Shown: piece after piece, positions 25,532-26,152 of the stretch
How the letters are laid out: the number at the start of each line of letters is the position of its first letter
Position numbering within the stretch: the stretch's first letter is position 1
Virus record (IMG/VR): IMGVR_UViG_3300020044_002775
Location: 1 to 26,152 of that record
Direction: 5' to 3' (one strand)
From: a virus
Lineage: Duplodnaviria; Caudoviricetes
Length of the DNA: 26,152 bases
Program-made: the position numbers and the translations under genes
Notes under the pieces: generated by a model
What the model was told of the DNA's origin: nothing
Databases searched by the model: none
Seen by the model: only the letters and a program-made list of their open reading frames with translations

Positions 25532-25559
25532 AATTTTTAACTAACATACAGGGGATGAC

Positions 25560-25709
25560 ATGACAGAACAGAAAGCAAATGAAGACAAGAAGCCGCAGCC
25601 GATTGCATGGCCGTTTCCGCAGTGGAAGAACGGAAAGATGGTAGTTAACCGGCCTAAGCGGGTCACTAAAGCGCAGTTGGCCGAAGCTGTCGGCCCTGCA
25701 TTGTTCTGA
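25560..25709 (+). CDS. Small hypothetical protein (49 aa, WPFP motif; not in ORF track)
   Basis: RBS AGGGGA; MTEQKANEDKKPQPIAWPFPQWKNGKMVVNRPKRVTKAQLAEAVGPALF. Confidence 0.65.
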   Translation: MTEQKANEDKKPQPIAWPFPQWKNGKMVVNRPKRVTKAQLAEAVGPALF

Positions 25710-25717
25710 GGTCAATC

Positions 25718-25933
25718 ATGACTCAAAACGAAGCTATTTTAGCAGCGCTCAAGAAGGGCAAACGTCTTACGCCTCTTGACGCGCTTTGTGAATTCGGGTG
25801 CAATCGCCTCGCGGCTCGCATCCTTGACTTGCGCCAGGCAGGGCACGACATTCGCTCGCACCTAGTGCAGCGCGGCTTGAAGAAAGTTTCTAGCTACTGG
25901 CTAGTCAACGTCCAGCACAAACTGGAAAAGTAA
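25718..25933 (+). CDS. Winged helix-turn-helix protein (HTH_39-like)
   Basis: TQ...IL.AL..G..LT.LDA...FGC.RLAARI.DLR..G.DI pattern; RBS GAGG. Confidence 0.8.
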   Translation: MTQNEAILAALKKGKRLTPLDALCEFGCNRLAARILDLRQAGHDIRSHLVQRGLKKVSSYWLVNVQHKLEK

Positions 25934-25945
25934 AAGCAGGACAGC

Positions 25946-26125
25946 ACCCCCCGCTGAGAGCAGTGGACCAGGAAGTACCCGGTCGCTGGGGAGAGAAGGG
26001 TCACCTGCTGTTGTGGCAGGCGCTTGGGCTGGTGCCGAAAGGTGCGGACCGAGGGCGAGGGAATCGAATGGTTACATGGTCTATGCCACGCCGAGACTCT
26101 CCGCCTTTTGTGGGGGGTAGGGTGG
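25946..26125 (+). ncRNA. Candidate GC-rich structured non-coding element
   Basis: Long-range stems ACCCCCCGC/GTGGGGGGT and GGAGAG/CTCTCC enclosing several hairpins, including GTGCC-GAAA-GGTGC. Confidence 0.45.
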
Positions 26126-26152
26126 CTATTTGCCGATATGTAATAACTCAAC

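Noticed and set aside
25206-25715. 169-aa - strand ORF and 70-aa + strand ORF across the divergent region
   Set aside because: They overlap better-supported small genes, the promoter and the structured leader, and their composition is unlike real proteins.
25894-26151. 85-aa - strand ORF, or a tRNA, in the terminal GC-rich region
   Set aside because: The ORF has no recognisable features and overlaps the HTH gene end. No cloverleaf or T-loop GTTC motif is present.
1-26152. Stop-codon reassignment
   Set aside because: Long genes are intact under the standard code, and TAA, TGA and TAG all end genes at sensible, coupled positions.

Overview
A 26 kb fragment of a tailed dsDNA phage with siphovirus-like organisation. 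The host is probably Gram-negative, judged from a lipoprotein in the lysis cassette. The + strand (1-19987) carries the late operon: end of an HK97-type capsid gene, head-tail joining genes, two tandem paralogous tail-tube genes, a tail chaperone with a -1 frameshift site, tape measure, tail tip, fibre/spike genes, a GT2-TPR glycosyltransferase and a lysis cassette. The - strand (19984-25306) carries an early operon: ERF-family annealase, YqaJ exonuclease, TraR/DksA-like protein, zinc-ribbon proteins, ThyX, an SSB-like protein and an HNH-like nuclease. A divergent + strand unit starts near 25450. No integrase, repressor, tRNA, CRISPR array or reverse transcriptase is visible. The most notable feature is a 1141-aa fibre/spike with a nested (bracket-matched) A-B-A'-B' architecture, in which near-identical DNA borders flank divergent AT-rich cores. 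Also notable are protein-modifying enzymes (GNAT, GT2) inside the virion operon, a lipoprotein ORF overprinted on a holin-like gene, and four candidate structured RNA elements. All product calls come from motif recognition and synteny, not database searches.
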